The notes under the pieces: generated by a model | What the model was told of the DNA's origin: nothing | The model's input: only the letters and a program-made list of their open reading frames with translations | Databases searched by the model: none | In this document: in pieces, positions 28,425 through 41,341 of the stretch | Numbering within the stretch: the stretch's first letter is position 1 | Layout: every line of letters begins with the position of its first letter | Program-made: the position numbers and the translations under genes | Assembly: GCA_951406725.2 (NCBI GenBank) | Contig: OX597833.1 | Coordinates: 49,848,001-49,912,000 of the forward strand | Source of the DNA: Octopus vulgaris | Taxonomy: Eukaryota | Length of the DNA: 64,000 nt | Direction: 5' to 3'

Positions 28425-28617
28425 GGGAGTACTGAAAAGTTCCTGGCTTGAAGGGTATAGCGAAAGGCCTGGTTGAAGGCCCAATCTTCCAAGTTCTTCT
28501 ACAGGTCTTATAAAAACTGATGGTCTGGTACAATTAGTGTGTGAATCTGTGTAGGGAATATGCTGAATAAAATCATAATTAACTGACCTTCCTGTATTTT
28601 CTTTTACCCAAAGCCAG
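28425..28617 (+). mobile_element. Mariner-derived MITE, second copy
   Basis: gtactgaaaagttcctggctt...taaaatcataa.taact.a.c.tcc....ttttctttt....aaagcca aligns with 26346-26540. Confidence 0.75.
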
Positions 28618-30409
28618 TGCATACGTATTATATAGGTCTTTCGACACACATATAAAAGACCGTTATATATGAGTTTACACATATGTGTTATTCGTATATA
28701 AATTTATATATAAATGTTATTCTGTCTTACGAATTTTGAAGGAAGATGATTAAACCTAATATCAGATACATGATCTAGATTTTTTTTAATGGCAAAAGGG
28801 ATGTTTCATTTTACGGATTAGGGACACGCGTTTATATGTAATCTAAAACTTTAGAGTAGAAAGTGGAAGTGACTATTGTCTAATGACACCTTTGCTTATA
28901 TTGCTAGTAATTTATGGATGCAGTTTATCTGTTTATAAATAAACAAAATATTCAAGTGTCGCATTACATACTATTGTAGGAACCAGCAAAAATATAGGAT
29001 GCATGATTTCTTAAAAAACCATCTCAGAAGAAAGCTGTGTCTTTATACAGAAAAAAATTTGCCATTGCAAACTGTTGTGAAACTTGTGCACATCGCATTG
29101 CATTTAAAGACTTTTCTACGAATTTCATAGGTAATCTAAGGTAATAGAAGCTTTCCAACTCATTGTATTGTATATATGACACGCTACCGTACTTGTACTT
29201 TGAGTGCAGAATTCTTACTGTTCGTCCAACAGCCACATTGTTAACATGTCATTGTATGGACATATGTATATATGCAAGTTCTCTAGCGATAAACTAGAGA
29301 CGAATTGACTTAATAAATTATACGTTCGGATATATTTTTATTCTCGAAACTGACTTTAGGATGTATATTACTAGTAGAATACGAAACCTTTGAGACTGAA
29401 TGCAACTGTTTAATTAAGATTAACAAGCAGAATAAAACTATTTCCTTTTCTGCAATTGCATAGAACAATTACATAGAAGAGTAATTACCAAGAAAATATT
29501 ATTGGGAGAAACATTGGTTAAAGTATTTTGTATTCGAATCAGAAATTTGTAATGCTAACAAGAAAACTTCTACTCCCATGTATAACCAGAACGGAAGTTA
29601 TATCTAAAATTATATTCAAACTCCATTCTACAGAGTGAGACTACTATCTATTTGGTTTTATTGTCCATAAGTCACCAGTCTATTTGTAAAGCAATATTAC
29701 CATAAGTTTATCGCATATGTTTATTGTTATTCATTCACTCAATACACCTCACAGGAAACGATAAAATATTTTCAGCCGAGTGATGTATTTACTTTACTTA
29801 ATCTTTTATTTCGTTAGTTTGTTTTTGTCGAGTTAGCTACACGTAATACACACATTAACATTCAAATAAACTAAAATTCAGCATTCATGGGGAAGTTTTA
29901 TTACTTCGCTAATTTGGTTTGTATCTTTTTAACAAACGTAAATTAAATTTCTAGAAAATTAGTCCCTCAGGGAATTTTCAATTATACTCTTTATTTATTA
30001 GCATTCAAGATGGCTGCTTTTGGGCAGTGATCAACGCTAATAGTGAGACATACAATTCTGCATTATTCAATTTTAAAACTTTTTACTGATTTGAATCTTC
30101 CGCTGCTGGAAAATGCTGAAAATTATTAACAAGTTGACAATATTACAAATACTGTACAAATGTTCCTTTCCTGAAACTGCTAGCTCAAATATTCTGTTTT
30201 AAATACGGATATGGATTGGGTATATAGCAAAGTAAATACGACGTCTGACTTTGAGGGAATGACGTGGTAATAACTAGCAGATTAATTATTTGACAAATAC
30301 TAAAATAAGTGTGCATTACTTAAATACTAAAGTTGAAATATACGCACATGGGCAAAATATAGAAGCATGTCAATATACTGAAGCTTCGGATATATTTACA
30401 TATATCATA

Positions 30410-30454
<45 letters not shown>

Positions 30455-30819
30455 GTACATATGTATATGTATGTATATGCATATATATATATATGTATAT
30501 ATATGTACGTACACATATATATATATATGTAAATATATACATATATATATATGCATTTAAGTCTGTTTTTTATATAAATTTTCATCTGTCCTGCCCGCCA
30601 AATTTGGTTCTGGTGTTCGCTGAATTTTTCCTCTAGAGAATTTCCTTTGTAGTTTGATCGTTGATGATCTGTTTCTAGCATTCGGCCGGCTACCTAGCAG
30701 TCCAGCCCTGCCAATATACACATATATTAGAATTGTCTCTGACTTCTCAGATTTTTTGAATGCTAGACTACTGGATTTAAATTGATATTAAAATTAATAT
30801 TAATTTATCTCCCTCATTA

Positions 30820-30821
30820 TT

Positions 30822-30852
<31 letters not shown>

Positions 30853-31089
30853 GTATATGTATATATATATATGTATATATATATATGTATATATATATGT
30901 ATATATATGTATATATATATGTATATAAATATATATGTATATATATATATATGTATATATATGTATGTAAATATATATGTATATATATATATGTATGTAT
31001 ATATATATGTATATATATATGTATATATACGTATGTAAATATATATGTATATATATATATGTATATATATATGTATGTAAATATATATG

Positions 31090-31120
<31 letters not shown>

Positions 31121-31520
31121 GTATATATATATGTATATAAATATATATGTATATATATATATATATATATATGTACATATATATATATGTATGTATGTAA
31201 GTATATATATATATATGTACATATATGTATATATATGTACAAAGCCTCTTGACGGAATCTGAAAGAAGCCCGCGTATACGCACACACACACACATATACA
31301 TATATATATATTTGTATGTGTGTGTCTGTTTTTCTCCCCACCATCGCTTGACAACTGATGTTGGCATGTTTACGCCCCCGTTTACTAGCGGTTCGGCAAA
31401 AGAGACCGATAAAATAAGTACTAGGCTTACAAAGAACAAGCACTGGGGTCGATTTGTTCGACTAAAAGCAGTGCTCCAGCATGGCCGCAGTCAAATGACT
31501 GAAACAGGTAAAAGAAAAGA
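30820..31520 (+). repeat. (TA)n/ATATATGT minisatellite (30820-31240) followed by the 3' half of SINE A (31241-31520)
   Basis: Direct inspection; SINE tail gtgctccagcatggccgcagtcaaatgactgaaac. Confidence 0.9.
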
Positions 31521-32969
31521 TATTTCAGAAACATTTATGCATCACATCTGCCCTTAATTACCTGCTTTGTAACATAAATGTACACGGACGGGGTTTGATG
31601 ATGCTTCTATTGCTTGCATACAGTTTTTCGAGATCAGTGAAGAAAAGTTACTGGAAAAATGATATAAGTATTTGCATTGGGACCCCTTTCATCGAAAACC
31701 GGTGATTGTCGTACGCTGATGACAGGTCAATACCTAGGTACTGCAGTCCGTGTGTATCACTTAGGTTGACGACGGAAGGATGACCTCTCTTTGCAAATAC
31801 CTAAGAGCACAGAAAGTGTGCCTAAAGCCAGCTGGAAACGATGCTCTCATGGGGCTACAAGCTACAGTAACACCCACCCTTAGTGGTTAGCCATATTGAG
31901 ATGGCAAATATACCTCACATTGATTAATATTTTATTTACGTTTAACTAGCAACTACAACTTTTCTAATTATCGCTAAATTTTGATTAACACGAGCAAAAT
32001 TATTTCAAGCTCTACGAACGAAAATATGAAAAACAATTTGTTCTTAAACTAAACTTAAGTTGAAAATGCTATCTCAGTTTATTTTCATCTTTCTTTGTCT
32101 GTCTCTTTATCTGTCTGTCTGTCTGTCTCCCCCCTCTCTCTCTCTTTGAAGACTTATTTTTGACTTTAAAATCAAAAAGAAACAAAGGATTCAAACAGCA
32201 TTAACTAAAGTTAGCACTAGATAATTTTTAGCTGATTTTCTGGCTCCGGCGTCACATTTTTACCAGTCTTTTGCATTTCTTTTAATTTTCTACGATAGTT
32301 TTAAAGCTACTTTTAGCTGTTTAATTATTAAATCGAATTAAAATATAACTGCACTTGAAGTGGATTAAACAGACACCTTTTCATTTTAAGTCGGCGATGT
32401 ATTCTATTTCACTAAGTTTGGATAAATATTTCAGACAACACTTGAAAGACAGATCGATCGAATCATTTGGACAGCCTCCAGGTTAAACTCAAACAGGAAA
32501 TAATCGATGTAATTTAGCTCGCTTCTGAAAAATAAGTCAGAAGTCGATTTCTCAAAGTCAAATTTTCAATCGTTCAGTGACGAAAGATTAAATACTTGAT
32601 AAGCTTATATGTTGACTGAAATGAATAACCTTCATTTCGTAATAGTTTTACGAATTCCAAATTCGTGTGTATTAAACAGAATAAAAGAAGATTACAGCTA
32701 GAAGGCTTTTCCCTGAAGAAGATTGCCAAAAATTTGCAACTAGTCTTGAAAAAGGAAAAAAAGAAATGTTTAATTTATAAGCAAGGATGTTGTAGGGAGT
32801 GTGAATATCCCAAGAGGAAAGACAATTAAAATCGGATATTAATTTATTAAAAGTTTCTCTAACATTTACTGGCAAGACTTTTTAAAAGATTATTTAAAAC
32901 AGAAGGGGTAGATACTAATTGCAAATCACCATGGTGATTCAATAAATATTTCTATCGTTATTATAATTA

Positions 32970-33185
32970 AGGCGGTGAGCTGGCAAAATTTATTTACAAG
33001 CCAGACAAAGCGCTTAGCCGCATTTTGTAAGTATTTACGTTCTGAATTAAACTTATGCAGAGATCAGAGATCTACTTTGCCTGTCATCATTTCGTGTTCA
33101 ATAAAATCCGAACTGGTGTCGATGAGATCGACTTCCCCCTCCCCACAAATACAACTGGTCCTGTGTTAAAATTTGAAACTATCAT
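32970..33185 (+). mobile_element. Degenerate SINE family B
   Basis: aggcggtgagctggca...cttagc...ttacgttctga...ctttgcct.tcatc. Confidence 0.75.
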
Positions 33186-35298
33186 AATTTCTGAAATCAT
33201 ATTTTATCTACCATTAAAAATATATTACTACGCATGTACATTGTTATACTCTGAAGTGTTTAGATCAGTGTCCTCATCTTGGTAGCTATTGTGACAACTT
33301 TTTGCTCATGGTACCCCTTGGCCATGGTGAATCACTGTAGTCAACAATATCTCCTTTGGGAGCTCTGTGTAGTTATGATTTAATAAACTTTATATCAGAT
33401 GATGTTAAACTTGTGAAATTTCAATTCTTACAGGTTTAAAATCTTATGATACATTAGAAATCATTCAGAGTCATTTGTAGTGACTCTGAACCGTTTCTGA
33501 ATCACACAGCAACCTCGAAGTCCAGGTGTAGTAGTGTCATTGAATATTTGTTCAAAAAAGGAGTAACAGTTATAATTTCTGAGCAGTAGTCAAAGTAGCA
33601 AAGAGATGCTGGAAACGTATTTGAGCTTACGAGCGGTATTAGCATTGAGCTTTCAATAAATCTTAAGCAGTATTGTTAAACAAGCTGGAAGCATTGCTTT
33701 CACATTCTCATATTCTTTAGCTTGCAGACTTTAGGTCACTCGCAAATTATTTCATTAATGAAATTTCGGTACTATCCTTATGAATGAGCTCTCTCGGACA
33801 AGCTTCGTGAAAGGCTAATTCATTGAAAGGATTTAAGAATTGATTTGCTTCAGAATCGAAAATTTCTTCCTTATCCACTCCCACGGTTGCTACTGTCAGT
33901 TTTTCTCCTTGAAAGGCAGACATTTAGATCTGAGAAGCTTCCAAGATTATTTCCAGAACCCAAGCCTAATTTACGATTAAAGATAAAGTTAGAGATTTAT
34001 TTTTCAATAGTTGGTTGTATATACGAATATAAAAGATGACTTAAACTTAAACTTAAATGTTGAAGTGAATCGAACGGCTTTTGTGTGTTTCTTAAATGGC
34101 TTACAAACACCTTCCACGCTGCAATTGTTTTCGTTTCAGCACACGATCTCAGATCAAATCACTTGCTATGCAAGTACATCTCCGTAAAAGATTTCAATTT
34201 TGAAAGAATTAGTCACTAACATGTTTATATCTTAAAGGTGCAAGCCCAGACGTTTTTAAAGTTGAAGTTTAACTTGAGTTTCTGAGGACATCTTACGCAT
34301 ACATCGACAGCATTTCATATAAATTGTTTACAAGAAGCGAGTGTCTGTGACGCTAAGACAACAATAACAGATTTAATAAAATCATTTTTAAAGCAGTTAA
34401 AATATGCTCGTTGGTAGCATACTCAAAAATGAGTTTGGAATTTTCTGGGAGTAACGAAGTATTCCAGGCGTCCTACAACTAAGCAACACTAGTCCCTTTG
34501 GATGTAGCAGTTTTATAACACGTTAAAAGCAGTGCTTGGTTCTACATGATGTTTTTCACTTCGTATCTACGTTCTCCTATGATGATGCGTCTTCAGGAGG
34601 AATAATCCAAAACAGAAATTTAATTTAAATAAAGTGTTCATGTATTAAATTTTTTATTGACATCTACTATTAGAACTCCACAAATACTAATTTACAATGG
34701 CATTTGTAGTAGCAATAGCTGGAAGCAATTGGAAAATCACATGGAAATTCAATAACGGTTTCTATTAGGATTCTATGTAAATATTGCTATATGACAATAC
34801 AGCAATACAATATTGCAATACGATATAGCAATAACATCTTGAGTATTTACATATTATCATTTACAGTGTTCCATTGTAATTTCATATTAAAGATATTTTT
34901 CGAATCCACAGTACATTAAAAGAATGAAATCATGCAAATGGAAGTGTGCTGCGAATTAGCACTTGTGCTCACACACACACAAAATACATTCACTAATACA
35001 CATACATATCTATATATACCTATACAGCTACAGAGAGATATAGTGGAAAATGTAGCCATATGCATATTTGTATTAAGCTTTATATCCAACTTAATATGAA
35101 CGACTTGTTAGAACACCAAATATTACGTTATTCGACTTGAGAAACCCTCTCTTATAGAAAGTTGATGCATAAAAGCATAAGCATATAAATACGTATATAT
35201 GAATATATATTCTTGACTTAAAAAGGATTTATCAAATCCAATAAGGTGGTGATATGAAGTTAGACGTGAGCTGGACCAATCTTTGGTCGAAACATATA

Positions 35299-35347
<49 letters not shown>

Positions 35348-35351
35348 TACA

Positions 35352-35639
35352 CTTTTACTTGTTTCCGTCATGTGACTGTGGCCATGCTGGAGCACTGCCT
35401 TTAGTCGAGAAAATCGACCCCTGGACTTATTCTTTGTAAGCCTAGTACTTATTCTATCGGTCTCTTTTGCCGAACCACTAATGCTGGTGTGTTTACGTTC
35501 CAGTAACATAACGGTTCGGCAAAAAGAGACCGATAGAATAAGTACTAGGCATCCAAAGAATAAGTCCTGGGGGTCGATTTGCTCGACTAAAGGCGGTGCT
35601 GCAGCATGGCCACAGCCAAATGACTGAAACAAGTAAAAG
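35352..35639. repeat. Palindrome made of two inverted SINE A 3' halves
   Basis: Arm 35352-35476 is the reverse complement of arm 35513-35639; spacer ~36 nt. Confidence 0.95.
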
Positions 35640-36112
35640 AGTAAAAAGAATGAGTGTACATATAGTAAACAACATTCAGAAGCGAGAAAATATAAAGTAA
35701 ACAACAAAGAAGGAAAGAGAAGAACAGGGAAGAATAGCTAAAATGTGAGAGGAGGTGAAGAAGAATGGGGAGGAAGGGAGGAGGGAAGAAGGAGGAAGAG
35801 GAGATAATAAATAATGTAATGGCTAATTAAGTTTAAGTTTGTTGGGAACTAACAAACCAAAATTTTCAAAATAAGGCAATGATTATTCATAAATAGGATT
35901 TTTCAAGAACTTTTGAGTTGGAGACCCGTTGACATTTTAACTATGTTGTTACCTTTCCAGATAACAATAATTGTAACTGACAAAATGCTTTGAATTTCCT
36001 CGATTATCTAATGAAACTGCGTGAACGAAAACATAATTTATATTTATATTTGGCGTGTGACATTTCTTACTGTCAATATCTCCGCCTCGAAGACTAATTC
36101 TCAGCTTGAGTA

Positions 36113-36366
36113 ACTTTTTTTTTTACTTTTAAGTTGTTTCAGGCATTTGACTGCAACCACGCTGGGGCTCGCATTGAAAAAGGGTTCTAGTCGAATAAAT
36201 CATGCCTAGGATTTATTTTCTGCACAAAGCCTATTCTATCGGTCTCTTTTGCTGAACCAGTAAGTTGCAGGGACGTAAATAGACCACCACCGGTTGTCAA
36301 GTGGTAGCGAGGGACAAATCCAAAGACACACACTCTCTCTCTCACACACACAGACACACATGCACG

Positions 36367-36440
<74 letters not shown>

Positions 36441-36805
36441 TATACAATCATATATATGTATATATATATATATACATATATGTACATATATGTACATACC
36501 TACATATGTATATATACATGCATATATGGGTACGGGACATCAAAAAAACATAGACAAAATAGGGAACGAGAACATAAAAAAGAAACATAGAAAGCCAACT
36601 TTTTTCGAACAACGAAAGAAACAAACATAGAAACGAGACAGGAAGCATAAAGAACATTCCCTTCGTCAGCTGTCCCCTGTTTTATCTACTCCTCATTTGT
36701 AGTGAGAATTTACAAAAAAAACCCCCCAAAAAACAAAGGACGAAGACGAGTGTGCAAACAACAAATAGTTTAACGCTTGGAGAGAAAGTCTTTTGCGTAT
36801 ATATA

Positions 36806-36881
<76 letters not shown>

Positions 36882-36976
36882 TTCTTTTAGTTTCCGTCTA
36901 CCAAATCAACTCAGAAGGCTTTAGTCGACCCCAGGCTATACCAGATACCAGAAAACACTTACTGAAAGAGGTCCGT

Positions 36977-37033
<57 letters not shown>

Positions 37034-37178
37034 GACGGGCCTCTTTCAGTTTCTGTCTACTAAATCCACTCACAAGGCTATATTGGAAAACACTTGCATA
37101 AGTTGCCACTTAGAGGGACTGAACCCGGAACCATGTCGTTGGGAAGCAAACTGCTTACCACACAGCCACGCCTGCGCC
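36113..37178 (-). mobile_element. Fragmented SINE A copies with expanded internal microsatellites and a nested unrelated repeat (36530-36795)
   Basis: Tail at 36113-36330; head segments at 36883-36980 and 37031-37178. Confidence 0.75.
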
Positions 37179-37373
37179 TATGTGTATCAAATTTCCAAAT
37201 TTCGAAATCAGGACATACAAATTAAATCTCATAATGCCTTCGAAAATTTAAGAGCTCATGTATAATGATGTACAGCCATGATCATTCTTTGAATCAACTA
37301 ATTTTTTTTCACTAATTGCTACTTTCGTTTGTATTTTATTAGCAACATGTAGAGATACAAAACATCTTGGTAC

Positions 37374-37589
37374 CTTTATTTATTTTTCCTTGGAAAGGTG
37401 TTACACCTCCGTTCGTCACAACGGAAGTTGCTGTAGTTGTGATACTATTTGGATCCGCTTTTTTACAGGCCGATTTCTTGCAGCAGCAGATAATGGCTAC
37501 AATGCAGACAATGAATATTACGATGCTGCCAACGGTGATGGCGACGGCAGCTGTGACTCCAAGAGTCATAAACCGATTTAGGACGCTAT
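37374..37589 (-). CDS. Internal exon encoding the transmembrane helix and juxtamembrane Cys cluster of the putative Shisa/CYYR1-like protein
   Basis: Acceptor tttttatgactcttttcag|; (D)SVLNRFMTLGVTAAVAITVGSIVIFIVCIVAIICCCKKSACKK...; phase 1/1, 216 nt with donor AAG|gtacca (donor choice uncertain). Confidence 0.85.
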
Positions 37590-38503
37590 CTGAAAAGAGT
37601 CATAAAAAATAAAAAAGAAAAAGAAAATGACTTTAGAAATCAATTACAGAAAGTATGGTGGAAAGATTTTGTATACAAGAAAACTAAGACAACAACTGAA
37701 TCGGAAAATATTTGAAATATTTCAAACGAAAATTGAAGAAGTTTTAGAAAATATATACAAAAATGGAAAGAATTTAATAAAGAAAGAAACTCAAAATCAG
37801 GCAAGAAAACGGTAAAAAAAATTTACAAATTGGGATCGTGAAGTAGTGTTTTTAAAACGGAAATAACATTTTGACGTAAGAAAAACATTTAAAGCAAAGC
37901 ACAAAAAAAAAAAAAAAATATAATAAAATATTTTTTTAAAAAACACAGTATAAACAGAAACTTAAGATAAATAATTGAAAAATATTATAATTTGAATTCT
38001 GTTGGATAAACAGAGAAATCGATTTCTGTTGAAAACAAAATGGCATATAACTGGGATGAAATACAGGAAAAGGAAATGACATGATTTTTATATGCTGAAT
38101 ATAGAATCCATTTTATTGTGAAATAAGTAATATATCTTTGTATTCGTTAGACAATGCCTAGCATGAAGTAAAGTGACATGAAACTTAAAACACCTAGTTT
38201 GATCTTCCGGTAAGACAATGCTCCTTTTCGTTACCATCGACATGAGTGGCCATGTCTATCTAGAACATGGAAATTACGCGCTACTTTAGTAAACTGACTC
38301 TTTTATGTGACAGATGTTTGAAACGTGAAGCGCTGTGTTAAAATGTGTGCATTCTTTATAGCCGCATTTCTTAGTTGGTTTCTCAAGAAGAATTTTTTCC
38401 ACCATAATTTCAGTAACCGTATCTTTAATAAATCAGAAACGTCGACATTTAAAATAAACTAGTTTCACAACTTCAATGAGGTTATATTTAATAAGGGGAC
38501 GAG

Positions 38504-39072
38504 GGCGGCGAGCTGGCAGAATCGTTAGCACGTCGGGCGTAATGCTTAGCGGTATTTTGGCTACCGTTACGTTGTGAGTTCAAATTCCGCCGAGGTCGAC
38601 TTTGCCTTTCATCCTTTCGGGGTCGATAAATTAAGTACCAGTTACACATTGGGGTCGGTGTGATCGACTTAATACCTATGTCTGTCCTTGTTTGTCCCCT
38701 CTGTGTTTAGCCCCTTGTGGGTAATAAAGAAATAAATAGGTATTGCGTCTGTCGTTACGTTCTGAGTTCAAATTCCGCCGAGGTCGACTTTGCCTTTCAT
38801 CCTTTTGGGGTCGATAAATTAAGTACCAGTTACACACTGGGGTCGGTTTAATCGATTTAATACCTAGGTCTGTCCATGTTTGTCTCCTCTATGTTTAGCC
38901 CCTTGTGGGTAATAAAGAAATATTTATTGCGTCTGTCGTTACGTTCTGAGTTCAAATTCCGCCGAGGTCGAAGTACCAGTTTCGCACTGGGGTCGATGTA
39001 ATCGACTTAATCCGTTTGTCTGTCCTTGTTTGTCCCCTCTATGTTTAGCCACTTGTGGGCAGAAAAGAAATA
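38504..39072 (+). mobile_element. SINE family B trimer (one head, three tandem bodies) with perfect 18-bp TSD
   Basis: gttacgtt.tgagttcaaattccgccgaggtcga occurs three times; TSD tatatttaataaggggac at 38483-38500 and 39073-39090. Confidence 0.95.
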
Positions 39073-39278
39073 TATATTTAATAAGGGGACAGAATGTATA
39101 TGCTAAGAACATATAAAGAAAATGCATCATAAACACACACACAGTGCAGCCATGATATGGAAAAAGCAATTCGTGTTATCTATTAAATCAAGTATAATAT
39201 TGATTATTGATATAGGTCCAGAGCAAATCGTTTTTGTTAAGGAGCACATTGGACTATATCGATCTAGGTCCTTGGTGC

Positions 39279-39483
39279 TTTTTTACTCTTTTTACTTGTT
39301 TCAGTCATTTGACTGCGGCCATGCTGGAGCACCGCCTTTAGTCGAGCAAATCGACCCCAGGACTTTTTTTTGGAAGCCTAGTACTTATTCTATCGGTGTC
39401 TTTTGCCGAAGCGCTATGTTACGGGGACGTAAACACACCAGCATCGGTTGTCAAGTGATGTTGTGGGAACAAACACAGACACA

Positions 39484-39553
<70 letters not shown>

Positions 39554-39721
39554 CATATATACGACGGGCGTCTTTCAGTTTCCGTCTACCAAATCCACTC
39601 ACAAGGCTTTGGCCGGCCCGAGGCTATAGTAGAAAGCACTTGCCCAAGGTGCCACACAGTCGGACTGAACTCGGAATTATCTGGTTGTTAAGCAAGCTAC
39701 TTACCACACAGCCACTCCTGC
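39279..39721 (-). mobile_element. Full-length SINE A
   Basis: Reverse complement of the family sequence (head caggagtggctgtgtggtaag, internal (TA)n(TG)n, tail aaacaagtaaaaagagt). Confidence 0.93.
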
Positions 39722-39787
39722 TATATATTTTATTGAAACTGGAAAGATAAAGATGCCGCCTGTAGAATTTGAACTCAGCACGGCGAA

Positions 39788-39851
<64 letters not shown>

Positions 39852-40381
39852 TATTATAGGTGTGTGTCTTTGTGTTTAATTCCCACTACTGCTTAACCAC
39901 TAATGTCATGTTGTCTACGCCCTTGTAACTTAGTGGGTCTGCAAAGGATCTGATAGAATAACTACCAGATATAAAAGTATGTTGATTTGCTCGACAAGTT
40001 GGTGCCTCAGCAAAGCCGCAGTCCAACGACTGAAACCAGTAAAATATTTTTTAAAATATATAAAATAAAATGAAGCATAATCAAAATATCGATTTTCCTA
40101 TTTATTATGTGAAATCCAACAGTTTATTTATCTTTCTACTATCAATACCATTTGACGTTATTTCTCAATCAGAGATATTTAAGCAGTAGTTTTTCGATAA
40201 GAATTTTATTTTAAAGGATGCAGTGTAATGTTGTGGCTTGTAATGTCAGTTTTCGATACCGAATCCATTTGGCCATTGAATTTCTCTACAAATAAATTTA
40301 TAGAAGTGAAAACCCTTACAGAGATTATGTTACACACACACACACACACACTTTGTTTCAGCTGGATTTAAAGTTGCTTAC

Positions 40382-40463
40382 CATTATTGATTCGTAATCT
40401 GCATTCATGGCAAATTCTATCCGCCACATAATTCCTTAAATCACGCGGAACAGTGGTCGACAT
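40382..40463 (-). CDS. First coding segment of the putative membrane protein (MSTTVPRDLRNYVADRICHECRLRINN), within a probable exon 40847-40382
   Basis: Strong donor ATG|gtaagc at 40382/40381; phase 1 joins in frame to the TM exon and creates an N-D-S sequon; in-frame TAG 6 codons upstream of the ATG; acceptor tttattactccttcag| at 40848/40847. Confidence 0.65.
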
Positions 40464-41341
40464 TGACAACTGTAATATCTAAGCCCTAACCAATCTTTCT
40501 TCACCTGCCTGTGACACATGGCATTCTTATCATCTTTAATCCTCTTCGGCCTTTCCACCATTGTTTCTGCTACTTTAATTTTCGGAGACATCATCACGAG
40601 AGCTTTTGATGCTTTTAAATAATTCCTTGTTTCTGCTTTCCTTCTTTCCCTTCTAGTTTCTGCCATGAAAATTACTTCATCGCCAACTAACCCGATAAGT
40701 AATAAATTTTACTATCACTACAGCGCATCGTGTTCGTCTTAACGTTAGAAAAATCTGACTTGAGTTCTGTTGGAGAAGGATTTCACCTGCGTGTTATTAT
40801 AACCACTACTGGTTTTTCACTCGCTTCGTAGCCTTTTATTGACAAATCTGAAGGAGTAATAAAACATTTAAAATAATCTGAAGTAAATACATTACTTAAG
40901 AAATCTGATAATGTGTGGTAACACTACACTAAACCTTAAACCCTCAACCCCAGCTGAACTGGAGCCAGTTTCTACGTGTTGTCAGTTTTAAGGAAGATTA
41001 ATATAAAAGTAAGCAGATATTAGACACTTTGCACAAATCATTAGAAAGAAGGAGGAAAAAAAAAACGGAATTGCAACAACAGTGTCTCAAGAGGTATGTT
41101 TTCTGCCTTACAAAGTCAGTAGGTTTTCGAAGAGATTACGAATAATGAAATATTCATGCAGTGTCATAGTTTAATGTCACAACAAAGTAATGATGTTTAG
41201 AAATGTGTTACAGTTTCATTACAAATTCTTTCAGTTATATACGAGCTTTCTCCTTCAATACTGCTCAATAATTAACAAGCAGTTAAGGTATTTAAAGTGG
41301 ATCAGTGTGAAAAATGACAGTGACTGCTCAAGAAATATATT

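Noticed and set aside
39122-39691. 189-aa ORF
   Set aside because: Mostly an antisense read-through of SINE A; the same peptide recurs at other SINE copies
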